DNA of 60,501 bases from a virus. Lineage: Duplodnaviria; Caudoviricetes. The position numbers and the translations under genes are program-made. Every line of letters starts with the position of its first letter. Within the stretch, counting starts at the first letter, position 1. Shown here piece by piece: positions 44,783 to 54,713 of this stretch. The notes under the pieces were generated by a model. It was not told the DNA's origin. It searched no databases and worked only from the letters and a program-made list of their open reading frames with translations. The DNA is taken from positions 1 to 60,501 of the IMG/VR virus record IMGVR_UViG_3300030116_002908; one strand, given 5' to 3'.

Positions 44783-47188
44783 ATGGCAGAAAAACCAAGC
44801 ATGGTGGACAAAGTTCCAACGCAACTCGATGAACAAGAGTTGAAAGATGAAATGGACGTTGAAATACCTGAGGGTATGAATGTTGAAGAAATACCAGAGA
44901 ACGTAGAGATTGTTGAAGAAGAAGACGGCAGCGTTGTTGTTGATTTTGATCCTCGTGAAGATAAGGGTATGGACGGTGACTTTTATGCTAACTTAGCAGA
45001 GGATATGTCCGATGAAGAGCTTGGCCGTTTGTCAGGTGAGTTGACAGGTGAGTTTGAAGAAAACAAAAGCAGCAGACAGGAGTGGGAAGATGCCTTTGCC
45101 AATGGTCTTGAATTACTTGGATTTAGCTACGAAGAAAGATCCCAACCCTTTAGGGGTGCCAGCGGAGTTACTCATCCATTACTTGCAGAGTCCGCTACAC
45201 AGTTCCAAGCACAAGCTTTCAATGAGCTCCTTCCACCGGGCGGTCCAGTTAGAACTCTTGTCATGGGAACAAGCACACCAGACAAAGAAGACCAAGCTCA
45301 ACGTGTTAAAGAATTTATGAATTACTACATAACTTCGGTTATGGAAGAATATACGCCTGAGTTTGACCAGATGCTTTTCTATTTACCACTTGCAGGATCA
45401 ACATTTAAAAAAGTTTACTATGATGAGAACTTAGACAGAGCTGTAAGTAAGTTTATACCAGCTGAAGATTTAGTTGTGCCCTACAGCACATCTGATCTAG
45501 AGACCTGTCCTAATATTACTCATGTTGTCAAAATGAGTTTAAATGATCTTAGGAAGAGACAACTATCAGGCTTTTACAGAGATATACCTGTCATACCAGC
45601 ACAAGGCGAAACTTCTTCTGTCAAAGAGGAGTTAGAGCGTATAGACGGTATGTATCCATCTAATGTCGATTATGATTGTACCTTGCTTGAGTGTCATGTG
45701 GATTTAGATCTTGAGGGGTTTGAAGAAGAGGACGAAGAAGGTGAAGCAACAGGAATTAAGGTACCTTATGTCGTAACGATTTCTCAGGACAACGGCCAAG
45801 TTTTATCTATTCGCAGGAATTATAAAGAAGACGATGAGAAAAAGAAAAAAATACAATATTTTGTACATTATAAGTTTTTACCGGGGTTCGGGTTTTACGG
45901 ACTAGGGTTAATACATACGATAGGCGGACTATCAAGAACAGCTACAGCTGCACTTAGACAGTTGATCGATGCAGGGACGCTATCGAACTTACCAGCAGGG
46001 TTTAAAGCTCGCGGCCTACGGATCAGAGATGATGACGAGCCATTACAGCCCGGAGAGTTTAGGGACGTCGATGCACCGGGCGGGGATATCAAAGCTAGTC
46101 TTATGTCTTTACCGTTTAAGGGTCCAGACCAGACATTGATGGCACTTTTAGGGTTTGTAGTTGACGCTGGACGGCGATTCGCAACGATTACGGACATGAA
46201 AGTAGGCGATGGTAATCAGCAGGCGGCGGTCGGTACTACGATTGCTATGTTGGAACAAGGCTCACGGGTCATGTCAGCTGTGCACAAAAGATTGCACTAT
46301 GCAATGAGATTGGAGTTTAAACTGCTCGCTAATGTTATGTCTGAGTTTTTACCAGACAGTTATCCTTACACCATTGCGGGTGTGGATAGTTCAGTAAAGT
46401 CAGAAGACTTTGATGAAAGAGTCGATGTGCTACCTGTGTCAAATCCTAATATCTTTTCGCAAGCTCAAAGGATTGCTTTGGCACAGACAAAGATGCAGAT
46501 GGCCACAGCAGCACCTGAAATGCACAATATGTACGAAGTGTTTAGGGATATGTATGAGGCCTTGGGTGTAAGAGATATTGACAGAATTTTGAAAAGAACA
46601 CCTGAGCCAGAAGCAGAGCCAAAAGACCCTGCTTCAGAAAACATAGATGCTTTAGATATGTTACCGATGGTGGCTTTTGAAGGTCAAGACCATGAAGCTC
46701 ACATCATGTCTCACATGGTTTTTGGATCAACACCGCTTGTAGCAGGCACACCACAGATTGCCGTGTCTTTACAGAAGCATATTATGGACCATGTAAGAAT
46801 TAGTGCCAGAGAGAAAGCAGCTGTAGAGATGATACAAAGCAGTGGTGGTCAAGCGTTGTCGGAAGAGCAGATGCTTGACGTGGAAGCAAGGACAGCACAA
46901 TATGTTGCAGAGGGAATGACATCCTTAAAACAATTAAGTGCTCAGTTATCGGCACCAGGACCTGATCCGTTAGTACAATTAAAAGAAAAGGAGCTACAGG
47001 TTAGAGCACAGGCTGAGGAGAACGATGCACAGATTGATGCGGCTAAACTAGGCCTGGAGCAACAAAAGGTACAGCAAAGAGACGCACAGTTTGATAAGCG
47101 ACTTGATAGTCAAGAAAGACAGACTGCTGCTAGAATTAATGCAGCTGAAAGGCGTGAAATGATGAAACAACAAAAAGGAGGTCAGTAA
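44783..47188 (+). CDS. Portal protein
   Basis: 801 aa; GVTHPLLAE, LAGSTFKKVYYD, FYGLGLIH, LRQLIDAGTLSNLP; lies downstream of terL. Confidence 0.85.
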   Translation: MAEKPSMVDKVPTQLDEQELKDEMDVEIPEGMNVEEIPENVEIVEEEDGSVVVDFDPREDKGMDGDFYANLAEDMSDEELGRLSGELTGEFEENKSSRQEWEDAFANGLELLGFSYEERSQPFRGASGVTHPLLAESATQFQAQAFNELLPPGGPVRTLVMGTSTPDKEDQAQRVKEFMNYYITSVMEEYTPEFDQMLFYLPLAGSTFKKVYYDENLDRAVSKFIPAEDLVVPYSTSDLETCPNITHVVKMSLNDLRKRQLSGFYRDIPVIPAQGETSSVKEELERIDGMYPSNVDYDCTLLECHVDLDLEGFEEEDEEGEATGIKVPYVVTISQDNGQVLSIRRNYKEDDEKKKKIQYFVHYKFLPGFGFYGLGLIHTIGGLSRTATAALRQLIDAGTLSNLPAGFKARGLRIRDDDEPLQPGEFRDVDAPGGDIKASLMSLPFKGPDQTLMALLGFVVDAGRRFATITDMKVGDGNQQAAVGTTIAMLEQGSRVMSAVHKRLHYAMRLEFKLLANVMSEFLPDSYPYTIAGVDSSVKSEDFDERVDVLPVSNPNIFSQAQRIALAQTKMQMATAAPEMHNMYEVFRDMYEALGVRDIDRILKRTPEPEAEPKDPASENIDALDMLPMVAFEGQDHEAHIMSHMVFGSTPLVAGTPQIAVSLQKHIMDHVRISAREKAAVEMIQSSGGQALSEEQMLDVEARTAQYVAEGMTSLKQLSAQLSAPGPDPLVQLKEKELQVRAQAEENDAQIDAAKLGLEQQKVQQRDAQFDKRLDSQERQTAARINAAERREMMKQQKGGQ

Positions 47189-47370
47189 TGGCAAAAAAAA
47201 GAAATGGCAATAGTGTCGTAAATCTTGGTGCAGGCGCGATCAGGGAAATAATAGATATAAACAAAAAAATAATTGGCGCAAAGATTGGTTCTGGATTAGA
47301 TTCGGGTGGTGTAGGTATAAGAGGAGCTGCTGCGGGAATGAGAGCAATGACAGGAAAGAAAGGTAAATAA
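47188..47370 (+). CDS. Small basic protein
   Basis: 60 aa, GGAGG RBS. Confidence 0.55.
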   Translation: MAKKRNGNSVVNLGAGAIREIIDINKKIIGAKIGSGLDSGGVGIRGAAAGMRAMTGKKGK

Positions 47371-47372
47371 TT

Positions 47373-47576
47373 ATGGCAAAAGATGAAAAAACAGAATCAG
47401 AATTAAGAAAAGAGTTTTTCGACGGTCCAGCTTCAGATATTATGAGTTTTGAACAGTTTTTGATGCAGCAAGGCCGCGGTGATTTAGTAAAGCCTATTAA
47501 GAAAAAAGAAGGTGGCGTTGTGACTGAATACGAATTTGTACGCGGTGATCCAAACTACTTTAAAGACTTACTATGA
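47373..47576 (+). CDS. Small hypothetical protein with xGG motif
   Basis: 67 aa, KKKEGGVV. Confidence 0.55.
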   Translation: MAKDEKTESELRKEFFDGPASDIMSFEQFLMQQGRGDLVKPIKKKEGGVVTEYEFVRGDPNYFKDLL

Positions 47577-47890
47577 GTAAGAAATTACAGAAGTCTTCTC
47601 AATATGAAAAATACGATATGGACGGAGACGGTGTAGTTTCAGACGACGAATTTGCTCACATGGCTGAAATAAAAAGACTTGAGCATGATTTACGAAAGCA
47701 AAGGGCACAAAGGCGTATGGCAACAGCTAGTCTGGTTGCAATGGCTTCTTTTACTATTGCAATGTTCTTGGTCGATCTCGAAAGAGTTAAAGCACTTGCC
47801 GATATTAGTAATCTGTTTTATATCACTGGTGGCGGCATTGTCTCTGTATATATGGGTGCATCAGCTTATATGAACAGGAATGGAAAGTGA
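47573..47890 (+). CDS. Two-TM membrane protein with EF-hand-like loop
   Basis: DMDGDGVVSDDE followed by two hydrophobic helices. Confidence 0.6.
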   Translation: MSKKLQKSSQYEKYDMDGDGVVSDDEFAHMAEIKRLEHDLRKQRAQRRMATASLVAMASFTIAMFLVDLERVKALADISNLFYITGGGIVSVYMGASAYMNRNGK

Positions 47891-48081
47891 AGCCTGCCTT
47901 CCTGCTCATGTGCTATTTGGCGGGTAATCCAGCGGGCACCTTACATTTTCAGTCAGTGAAGACAGCAGACTATTTTAAGTCATATCTTGACAACCAGACC
48001 GTGCGGATTGGTGATGACACGAAAAAATATGACTGTTTTGTAAAGTTGGTAAAAGTAAATGAAGAAATGAGGTTATGGTAA
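47887..48081 (+). CDS. Hypothetical protein
   Basis: 64 aa, coupled. Confidence 0.5.
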   Translation: MKPAFLLMCYLAGNPAGTLHFQSVKTADYFKSYLDNQTVRIGDDTKKYDCFVKLVKVNEEMRLW

Positions 48082-48488
48082 TGATACAAGCACTAATCGG
48101 ACCAGCAACTAAGTTGCTCGGCAAATTTATAGAAGATAAAGATCAAAAAAACAAATTGGCACATGACTTAGCAACACTTGCCTCCCGTCATGCTCAAGAG
48201 CTGGCAAAAGGTCAAATTGCAGCTAACGCTGAACAGGCGAAGCACCCGTCAATATTCGTAGCCGGGGCCCGCCCCGCCATAATGTGGATCTGTGCTCTCG
48301 GCCTACTAACGCAGTTTTTTATCATGCCTATTGCAGAATGGGCAACAGCGATATGGATGCCTGAAATTAGTTTGCCAAAACTTCAAACGGGGGAACTTAT
48401 GACCTTAACCCTTTCGTTACTAGGATTGGGAGGAATGAGATCCTATGAGAAGTCAAAAGGTGTAGCAAGGGAGAATATGAAAAAATGA
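48075..48488 (+). CDS. Holin (3TM / GTA-holin-like)
   Basis: FVAGARPAIMWIC...LLGLGGMRSYEKSKG. Confidence 0.75.
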   Translation: MVMIQALIGPATKLLGKFIEDKDQKNKLAHDLATLASRHAQELAKGQIAANAEQAKHPSIFVAGARPAIMWICALGLLTQFFIMPIAEWATAIWMPEISLPKLQTGELMTLTLSLLGLGGMRSYEKSKGVARENMKK

Positions 48489-48625
48489 GTTTATATAGAA
48501 ACATACACGCAAAAAAGAAAAGAATTGCAGCTGGCAGTGGAGAGCGTATGCGAAAAAAAGGACAAAAAGGTGCACCAACTGCAAAAAACTTTAGGCAAGC
48601 AAAAAAAACTGTGAGAAAGACATAA
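48485..48625 (+). CDS. Small basic protein (46 aa, not in ORF track)
   Basis: MSLYRNIHAKKKRIAAGSGERMRKKGQKGAPTAKNF... Confidence 0.65.
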   Translation: MSLYRNIHAKKKRIAAGSGERMRKKGQKGAPTAKNFRQAKKTVRKT

Positions 48626-48669
48626 CACAGGATTTATTTAGACATTTAAGAATACATACGGGTCATAGA

Positions 48670-48807
48670 ATGGAAACAATATTGTGTGAAAGATGTAAGG
48701 TTGCGATGAACAAAACAGAGCTCGCTTATGTTTATCGTTGCCCTGTGTGTTTTACAGTTGTAGAAGAACCACCAAAAGATCAAACAATTGTTGAAGAACA
48801 AGAGTAA
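48670..48807 (+). CDS. Zn-ribbon miniprotein (45 aa)
   Basis: CERCKVAM...YRCPVC. Confidence 0.5.
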   Translation: METILCERCKVAMNKTELAYVYRCPVCFTVVEEPPKDQTIVEEQE

Positions 48808-48862
48808 ATCTGCTATCCTATATAAGAAGATATAAGACAAAATAGGAAGTTATAAGTTAATT

Positions 48863-49066
48863 ATGTCAAAAAGTGAGATTTATCTTGCAGAAGCTGTTTT
48901 TCGTATTATAAATGAAAGAAAGAAACAAATTTCTGAGGCTTTGTTGTACGACAGCGTAAAAAATATGGAGCAGTATCGACAGCTCATGGGTGAAAGAAAA
49001 GCTTTAGAGTATGTTGACGAGGAACTTAAAAGTTTACTGGACCGTCAGGAGAAAGACGATGAATGA
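48863..49066 (+). CDS. Hypothetical protein upstream of GroES
   Basis: 67 aa, helical. Confidence 0.65.
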   Translation: MSKSEIYLAEAVFRIINERKKQISEALLYDSVKNMEQYRQLMGERKALEYVDEELKSLLDRQEKDDE

Positions 49067-49472
49067 TACAGCATTAGACAAAATGTATGTAGAGCCCCAA
49101 GAAAGGGTCCTAGACCCAAGTTTAGCAGATCAGAGCCTAATAGACCGGATGCCAAGTCCAACCGGCTGGAGGCTGCTTATTCTGCCTTATAGGGGCAAAG
49201 GAAAGACAGAGGGTGGTTTATACCTTCCAGATAAAGTTGTTGAAGACAACCAAATATCTACACAAGTTGGATTTGTTTTAAAGATGGGTCCTATGGCTTA
49301 CAAAGACCCAGAGAAGTTTCCTAGTGGTCCTTGGTGTGCAGAAAAAGATTGGGTGATGTTTGCACGATACGCAGGTTCAAGATTTAAAATAGATGGTGGT
49401 GAAGTAAGAATACTGAACGATGATGAGATTTTAGCAAAAATACAAGAACCTGAAGATATTTTACATTTTTAA
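49059..49472 (+). CDS. groES: Co-chaperonin GroES-like protein
   Basis: PTGWRLLI...KTEGGLYLP...V.FARYAG...RILNDDEILA. Confidence 0.85.
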   Translation: MNDTALDKMYVEPQERVLDPSLADQSLIDRMPSPTGWRLLILPYRGKGKTEGGLYLPDKVVEDNQISTQVGFVLKMGPMAYKDPEKFPSGPWCAEKDWVMFARYAGSRFKIDGGEVRILNDDEILAKIQEPEDILHF

Positions 49473-49481
49473 GAGGAAGAT

Positions 49482-50384
49482 ATGAACCAACCAAAAAAAG
49501 AAGAACAATTAGATTTAGAGATTGATGAACAGCAAGAGGAGGCTCAAGATGTTGAAATCCCTGTCGAAGACCAAGCTCAAAATGCTGAGACTACAGTGGT
49601 ACAAGAAGGTGAACCAGCTCAAGACCAGTTTGAAGAAGCTAAAAACAAAACTGAAAAGCGTATTAACAGGCTTACTAAAAAAATGCGGGATCATGAAAAA
49701 AACGCAGATGAAGCCCTCAGGTTCGCTCAACAAAAAGAAAAAGAAAATCAAGAGCTGAGAGAACGCTTGAATAAAATGGACTCTAGTTATGTTGATGAGT
49801 ACGCCGGAAGGGTAGAAAGTCAAATGGCACAAGCAGAAATAAATTTAAAAAATGCTATGGAATTAGGTGACTCTCAACAAGTTGCAGAGGCCCAAAAGCA
49901 GATAACTAAGTTAACTGTTCAGGCAGAAAGAGCGGCTCAGGCAAAATCTGCTCAGGAGAAAAAAATGGAGCAGGCTAAAGCACAGCCTCAGGTACAGCCT
50001 CAGGCTCAACAACCTGCTGCTCCACCGCCACCAGACCCAAAAGCTCAAGCTTGGGCAGAGCGTAATGATTGGTTTGGTAATGATAGTGCTATGACCTATG
50101 CTGCTTTTGGTATACACAAAGAATTAGTAGAACAAGATGGTGTTGACCCGAAGACCGATGAATACTATACTGAATTAGACAGACGTATGAGTGAAGAATT
50201 TCCTCATAAGTTTGCTAGTAAGACGCAAAGCAAAAAACCCGTCCAGAGCGTTGCTTCCGCGTCAAGATCGAGTTCTGGACGTAGTAGTGGGAAGAGATCT
50301 GTTAAGCTTACAGCAAGACAGGTTGCGTTAGCAAAAAAACTAAATGTACCTCTTGAAGAGTACGCAAAATATGTTAAGGAGTAA
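49482..50384 (+). CDS. Capsid scaffolding protein
   Basis: Acidic coiled coil, PDPKAQAWAERN.WFG, C-terminal A.KLNVPLEEYAK; upstream of the capsid gene. Confidence 0.7.
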   Translation: MNQPKKEEQLDLEIDEQQEEAQDVEIPVEDQAQNAETTVVQEGEPAQDQFEEAKNKTEKRINRLTKKMRDHEKNADEALRFAQQKEKENQELRERLNKMDSSYVDEYAGRVESQMAQAEINLKNAMELGDSQQVAEAQKQITKLTVQAERAAQAKSAQEKKMEQAKAQPQVQPQAQQPAAPPPPDPKAQAWAERNDWFGNDSAMTYAAFGIHKELVEQDGVDPKTDEYYTELDRRMSEEFPHKFASKTQSKKPVQSVASASRSSSGRSSGKRSVKLTARQVALAKKLNVPLEEYAKYVKE

Positions 50385-50390
50385 TTGATT

Positions 50391-50876
50391 ATGGCAACAC
50401 AAGACGAAATGTTTGAGAAACCTATTTCGAGGTCTCCTAGAACATCTAATACAAGAGAAAAGACAGCTGCAAGAAAACCGTGGGCTCCACCATCTATGTT
50501 GGATGCACCTCCTGCACCTGACGGATACAAACATCGCTGGATAAGAGCGGAAACCAGAGGATTCAATGATACAAAGAATATCTCTGCTAAAATACGAGAA
50601 GGATGGGAGCTCGTAAGAAAAGATGAATATCCAGATTTTGAAGCACCAGTTATTGAGTCAGGTAAATATGAGGGTATATTCGGAGTCGGTGGATTAATTT
50701 TAGCTCGTATTCCTGAAGAAACCGTAGCAGAAAGAACTGCATACTTTGCAGAAAGAAGTGCGGATCAAATGCAGGCAGTGGATCAGGATATGATGAGAGA
50801 AAATGCTCACTCTACTATGACGATTAGTAGACCAGACCGTCAATCTCGCGTAAGTTTCGGAGGGAAAAAATCTTAA
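50391..50876 (+). CDS. Head module hypothetical protein
   Basis: PWAPPSMLDAP...GYKHRWIR...EGWELV. Confidence 0.7.
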   Translation: MATQDEMFEKPISRSPRTSNTREKTAARKPWAPPSMLDAPPAPDGYKHRWIRAETRGFNDTKNISAKIREGWELVRKDEYPDFEAPVIESGKYEGIFGVGGLILARIPEETVAERTAYFAERSADQMQAVDQDMMRENAHSTMTISRPDRQSRVSFGGKKS

Positions 50877-50900
50877 CTTTTAACTTAAATGGAGACTTAA

Positions 50901-51533
50901 ATGGCTAATAATTTAGCAGGCGGCTATGGCTTACGTCCTATTGGGTTAGTAGGTGCGGGTGCTAACACTACTGGTACTACACAGTATGAAATTGCGTCCA
51001 ATAATACAAATGCTATCTATCAAGGTGGCATAGTAATTCCTACTTCCGCAGGAGTCATAGACATTTCTGACCAAGCGGTTGCACCGTTAGGAGTTTTTTA
51101 TGGTGTTGAATATGTCGATTCAGGCACAAAAAAGACAACATTTAAAAACTTTTGGCCAGGATCAAATAATGTCAGTGTTGATACAAACTTCCCCATAAAG
51201 GCGTTTGTATTTGACAATCCTATGCAATTATTCACAGTAGTTGCAGACGGAACTAACACAGATAGAGCGACAGCCTTGGCTGATATTTTTGCAAATGCTA
51301 GTATGGCAAGTGTAAACAACGGTAGCACCAACACAGGTCAGTCTACTGATATGCTTGACATATCTACAGCTGCAACAACAGCAACTTTGGATGTCAGAAT
51401 AGTAGGGTTGTATGAAGATGAAGGTAATACCGATTACTCAGCAGTGGGTCATCAGTATATTGTACGTCTTCTAGGACACTTTAACTCAGGCTTTGCGGCT
51501 GCCGTTGGTACCGCTGCCAATACTGGTATATAA
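50901..51533 (+). CDS. Capsid decoration/cement-like protein
   Basis: YGLRPIG...; immediately upstream of the major capsid gene. Confidence 0.55.
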   Translation: MANNLAGGYGLRPIGLVGAGANTTGTTQYEIASNNTNAIYQGGIVIPTSAGVIDISDQAVAPLGVFYGVEYVDSGTKKTTFKNFWPGSNNVSVDTNFPIKAFVFDNPMQLFTVVADGTNTDRATALADIFANASMASVNNGSTNTGQSTDMLDISTAATTATLDVRIVGLYEDEGNTDYSAVGHQYIVRLLGHFNSGFAAAVGTAANTGI

Positions 51534-51545
51534 GGAGAATAGAGT

Positions 51546-52451
51546 ATGGCTATATCAAGAGCACAATTAGCGAAAGAGCTAGAGCCTGGTCTTAATGCCT
51601 TATTTGGCCTTGAGTATGACAGGTATGAAAATGAACACGCAGAGATATTTGATGAAGAGTCATCAGATAGAGCGTTTGAAGAAGAAGTGATGTTAGCAGG
51701 CTTTTCAACTGCACCGACTAAATCAGAAGGTGGAGCTGTGAGCTTCGACGATGCACAAGAAACATTTACTGCAAGATATACACATGAGACTATTGCTCTT
51801 GCTTTTTCAATCACTGAGGAAGCTATTGAGGATAATCTTTATGATAGACTTGCAAGTAGATACACCAAAGCATTAGCTAGATCTATGGCACAAACCAAAC
51901 AGATCAAAGCTGCTGCTATTCTAAACAATGCGTTTAGTACAAGCAGTGCAATTGGTGATGGTGCTGCATTAGCGTCTGCTTCTCACCCAACCATCAATGG
52001 TAACCAAAGTAACATCTTATCAGTTGCCTCTGACTTAAATGAGACATCACTTGAGCAGGCATTGATTGATATTGCTGGTTTTAAAGATGAAAGAGGACTG
52101 AAAATTGCTGTAAGAGGCACAAAACTTATAATTCCAAAAGAATTACAGTTTACTGCTGAAAGAGTATTGAACAGTAATCTTAGAGTTGGAACTTCAGATA
52201 ATGATCCAAACGCAATCAAAAACATGGGTATGTTACCAGAAGGAGCGGTTGTTAACCACTTCTTAACAGACACAGATGCGTTTTTCATCAAGACTGATGC
52301 ACCAAACGGTTTTAAATATTTCAATCGTGCACCGATCAAAACAGCTATGGAAGGCGATTTTGATACAGGTAACATGAGATTTAAGGCTAGAGAGCGTTAT
52401 AGCTTTGGTGTTTCCGACTGGAGATGTGTATTTGCAACTCCTGGGGCATAA
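51546..52451 (+). CDS. Major capsid protein
   Basis: MAISRAQLAKELEPGLNALFGLEY...KARERYSFGVSDWR; followed by a terminator. Confidence 0.88.
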   Translation: MAISRAQLAKELEPGLNALFGLEYDRYENEHAEIFDEESSDRAFEEEVMLAGFSTAPTKSEGGAVSFDDAQETFTARYTHETIALAFSITEEAIEDNLYDRLASRYTKALARSMAQTKQIKAAAILNNAFSTSSAIGDGAALASASHPTINGNQSNILSVASDLNETSLEQALIDIAGFKDERGLKIAVRGTKLIIPKELQFTAERVLNSNLRVGTSDNDPNAIKNMGMLPEGAVVNHFLTDTDAFFIKTDAPNGFKYFNRAPIKTAMEGDFDTGNMRFKARERYSFGVSDWRCVFATPGA

Positions 52452-52470
52452 AAATAAATGCATATTTTTT

Positions 52471-52498
52471 AAAGGGGTCTTTTCAGGCCCCTTTTTTT
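52471..52498 (+). terminator. Terminator after the major capsid gene
   Basis: AAAGGGGTCT-tttc-AGGCCCCTTTTTTT. Confidence 0.8.
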
Positions 52499-52562
52499 AT
52501 GTATAATAGAATTACCTTGACGAAGAATTAACTTCGACAATAGCCAAGACAAGGAGAAACAT

Positions 52563-53189
52563 ATGGCTAATTCAACTTTCTCAGGTCCTATAAGATCTGA
52601 AGGTGGTTTTACTTCTATTAGTAAAAATGCCTCCACAGGTACAATTACAACCTTATCAAGTATTAACTCAAGTGGTATTACATCTTTTGATGCTAATACT
52701 ATGCCAGTAGAGGCTGGTACTGGTATTACAGGTGGAACAGGAACTATTTACAGAAGTTCTGTTCAAAGGGTTGGTGGTATTATAACCACAAGAATTTTAA
52801 TTGACTTAACTGGTTTAAGATCAACTGCATCCGGTGACATAATTGGTGTAAACGGAACATCTAATGTTTGTCACTTAGGTCAGATCACAGCTGCTAGAAA
52901 CGGTACAATTTTAACAGGTAGTATGGAATGTTTTGAAGCACCAGCAGGTGGTGACCCAGACATAAACGTACATTCTGCGACAGAGGGTACTGGTGTGGAA
53001 GACGGTGCTATCTCAAGTTTAACAGAAACCTTATTGGTTAACGCTGGTGATGCAACACTAGGAAGTAAAGTTTATTTCACTGCGGTGCCAGCTGCTGATG
53101 AGTTTTTATACTTAACCCTTGGTGATACAACAGATGCCGATTATACAGCAGGTAAATTGTTTATTGAATTAATGGGCTACGAAGCTTAG
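52563..53189 (+). CDS. Virion structural protein (head fibre/decoration-like)
   Basis: MANSTFSGPIRSEGGF start; follows the major capsid gene. Confidence 0.6.
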   Translation: MANSTFSGPIRSEGGFTSISKNASTGTITTLSSINSSGITSFDANTMPVEAGTGITGGTGTIYRSSVQRVGGIITTRILIDLTGLRSTASGDIIGVNGTSNVCHLGQITAARNGTILTGSMECFEAPAGGDPDINVHSATEGTGVEDGAISSLTETLLVNAGDATLGSKVYFTAVPAADEFLYLTLGDTTDADYTAGKLFIELMGYEA

Positions 53190-53202
53190 TTAGGAGATAC
53201 AA

Positions 53203-53607
53203 ATGGCTGACGCAGTAACATCTCAAACTATTTTTGATGGCGATAAAAAGGTCATTCAGAAGTTTACAAATATTTCTGATGGATCAGGCGAGTCTGCTGT
53301 CAAAAAGGTGGATGTAAGTGCTTTAAACACAAATGGTCATGGTCAAACTTGCACGAGTGTAACTATAGAGAAAATATGGTGGCAGTGTGTAGGTATGAAA
53401 ACTAGATTATTTTTTGATGCCACTTCAAATGCTTTTATAATAGAATTAGGTGAAAACCAAAGTGGTTATCACGACTATTCTAGCTTTGGCGGTCTTAAAA
53501 ATAATGCAGGTTCTGGTGTAACAGGAGATATTTTGTTTACAACAGTAGGTCATTCAAGTGCGGATACTTACACTATCACGCTTGAAATGAGAAAGAACTA
53601 TGACTAG
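53203..53607 (+). CDS. Virion structural protein
   Basis: MADAVTSQTI...TNISDGSGES..KVDVSAL. Confidence 0.65.
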   Translation: MADAVTSQTIFDGDKKVIQKFTNISDGSGESAVKKVDVSALNTNGHGQTCTSVTIEKIWWQCVGMKTRLFFDATSNAFIIELGENQSGYHDYSSFGGLKNNAGSGVTGDILFTTVGHSSADTYTITLEMRKNYD

Positions 53608-53884
53608 GAAAAGGGACAAACAACCGCCTAGAACAAAAAAATATTACCGCTCCACTAAAAGTGGGGCGGGCATGACAGCAGCTGGTGTAGCTAAATATCG
53701 ACGGGATAATCCTGGAAGTAAGTTAAAAACAGCGGTAACTGGCAAAGTTAAAAAAGGTTCAAAAGCAGCTAAAAGAAGAAAATCATTTTGTGCAAGAAGT
53801 GCAGGACAAATGAAGAAGTTTCCAAAAGCAGCCAAAAACCCCAATAGCAGATTAAGACAAGCAAGAAGACGATGGAAGTGTTGA
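53600..53884 (+). CDS. Basic protein, DUF6321-like
   Basis: RRKSFCARS.GQ...SRLRQARRRWKC. Confidence 0.7.
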   Translation: MTRKRDKQPPRTKKYYRSTKSGAGMTAAGVAKYRRDNPGSKLKTAVTGKVKKGSKAAKRRKSFCARSAGQMKKFPKAAKNPNSRLRQARRRWKC

Positions 53885-54090
53885 TGGCAACAAAAAGAGA
53901 AAAAGATTTTTTACATAATTTAGACAAAAGAATGTCTGTACTTGAAGAGGTGATAAAAAGATTAGAAAGTAATCATCTTACACATTTACAAGCACAAATT
54001 GACAAGATAGATAGACGGGTTTGGATGTTGATTGCGGGTGTAGTTATACAACTTGTATCCATTGTATTTATTTTTGTAGGAGGTAGATGA
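53872..54090 (+). CDS. Coiled-coil plus TM small protein
   Basis: NHLTHL motif; C-terminal TM helix. Confidence 0.6.
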   Translation: MEVLMATKREKDFLHNLDKRMSVLEEVIKRLESNHLTHLQAQIDKIDRRVWMLIAGVVIQLVSIVFIFVGGR

Positions 54091-54230
54091 TGGCATTAAC
54101 GGGTGTAGCAAAAAGAAAAGTGAAAAAAGTTCAAGGTAAATTAAAAAAGGCTAGTAAAGCTCATGCTAACCAATCAAAAATACTAGGAAGTTTACTTAAA
54201 AATGGCAAAAAAAAGAAAAAAAGATCCTAA
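54090..54230 (+). CDS. Small Lys-rich protein (46 aa, not in ORF track)
   Basis: AGGAGG RBS; KVKKVQGKLKKASKAHANQ. Confidence 0.6.
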   Translation: MALTGVAKRKVKKVQGKLKKASKAHANQSKILGSLLKNGKKKKKRS

Positions 54231-54498
54231 AGTTGGAACAGGAAAAAAGCCAAAAGGTTCTGGCAGACGCTTATATACGGACGAAAACCCTAAGGACACG
54301 GTTAGTATTAAATTTGCTACGCCGTCGGATGCCAGAGCAACTGTTGCCAAGGTTAAGAAAATCAATAAGCCGTTTGCGAGAAAGATACAAATTCTTACAG
54401 TCGGTGAGCAAAGAGCAAAAGTGATGGGTAAAACTCAAGTTGCAAATATATTTAAAAAAGGTAAAGATAGTATTAGAAAACAAAGGAGCACAGCATGA
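54202..54498 (+). CDS. Basic hypothetical protein
   Basis: DPKVGTGKKPKGSGRRLYTDENPKDTV. Confidence 0.7.
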   Translation: MAKKRKKDPKVGTGKKPKGSGRRLYTDENPKDTVSIKFATPSDARATVAKVKKINKPFARKIQILTVGEQRAKVMGKTQVANIFKKGKDSIRKQRSTA

Positions 54499-54713
54499 CC
54501 GTTGTTAGAACTGGACCCAAACCGGGTAAACAAAAGGTTACATATTTTAAAAAAGGTGGTGCCGCAAAAAGTAAGGGTAGTAAAATTTGTCCAGCTGGCA
54601 AGGCATGGGCTAAAAGAACTTTTGATACATATCCGTCAGCTTATGCAAATATGGCAGCATCAAAATATTGTAAAGACCCTAATTATGCAAAAGGGGCAAA
54701 AGGTAAAAAGTAA
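54495..54713 (+). CDS. Basic hypothetical protein
   Basis: ICPAGKAWAKRTFDTYPSAYAN. Confidence 0.7.
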   Translation: MTVVRTGPKPGKQKVTYFKKGGAAKSKGSKICPAGKAWAKRTFDTYPSAYANMAASKYCKDPNYAKGAKGKK

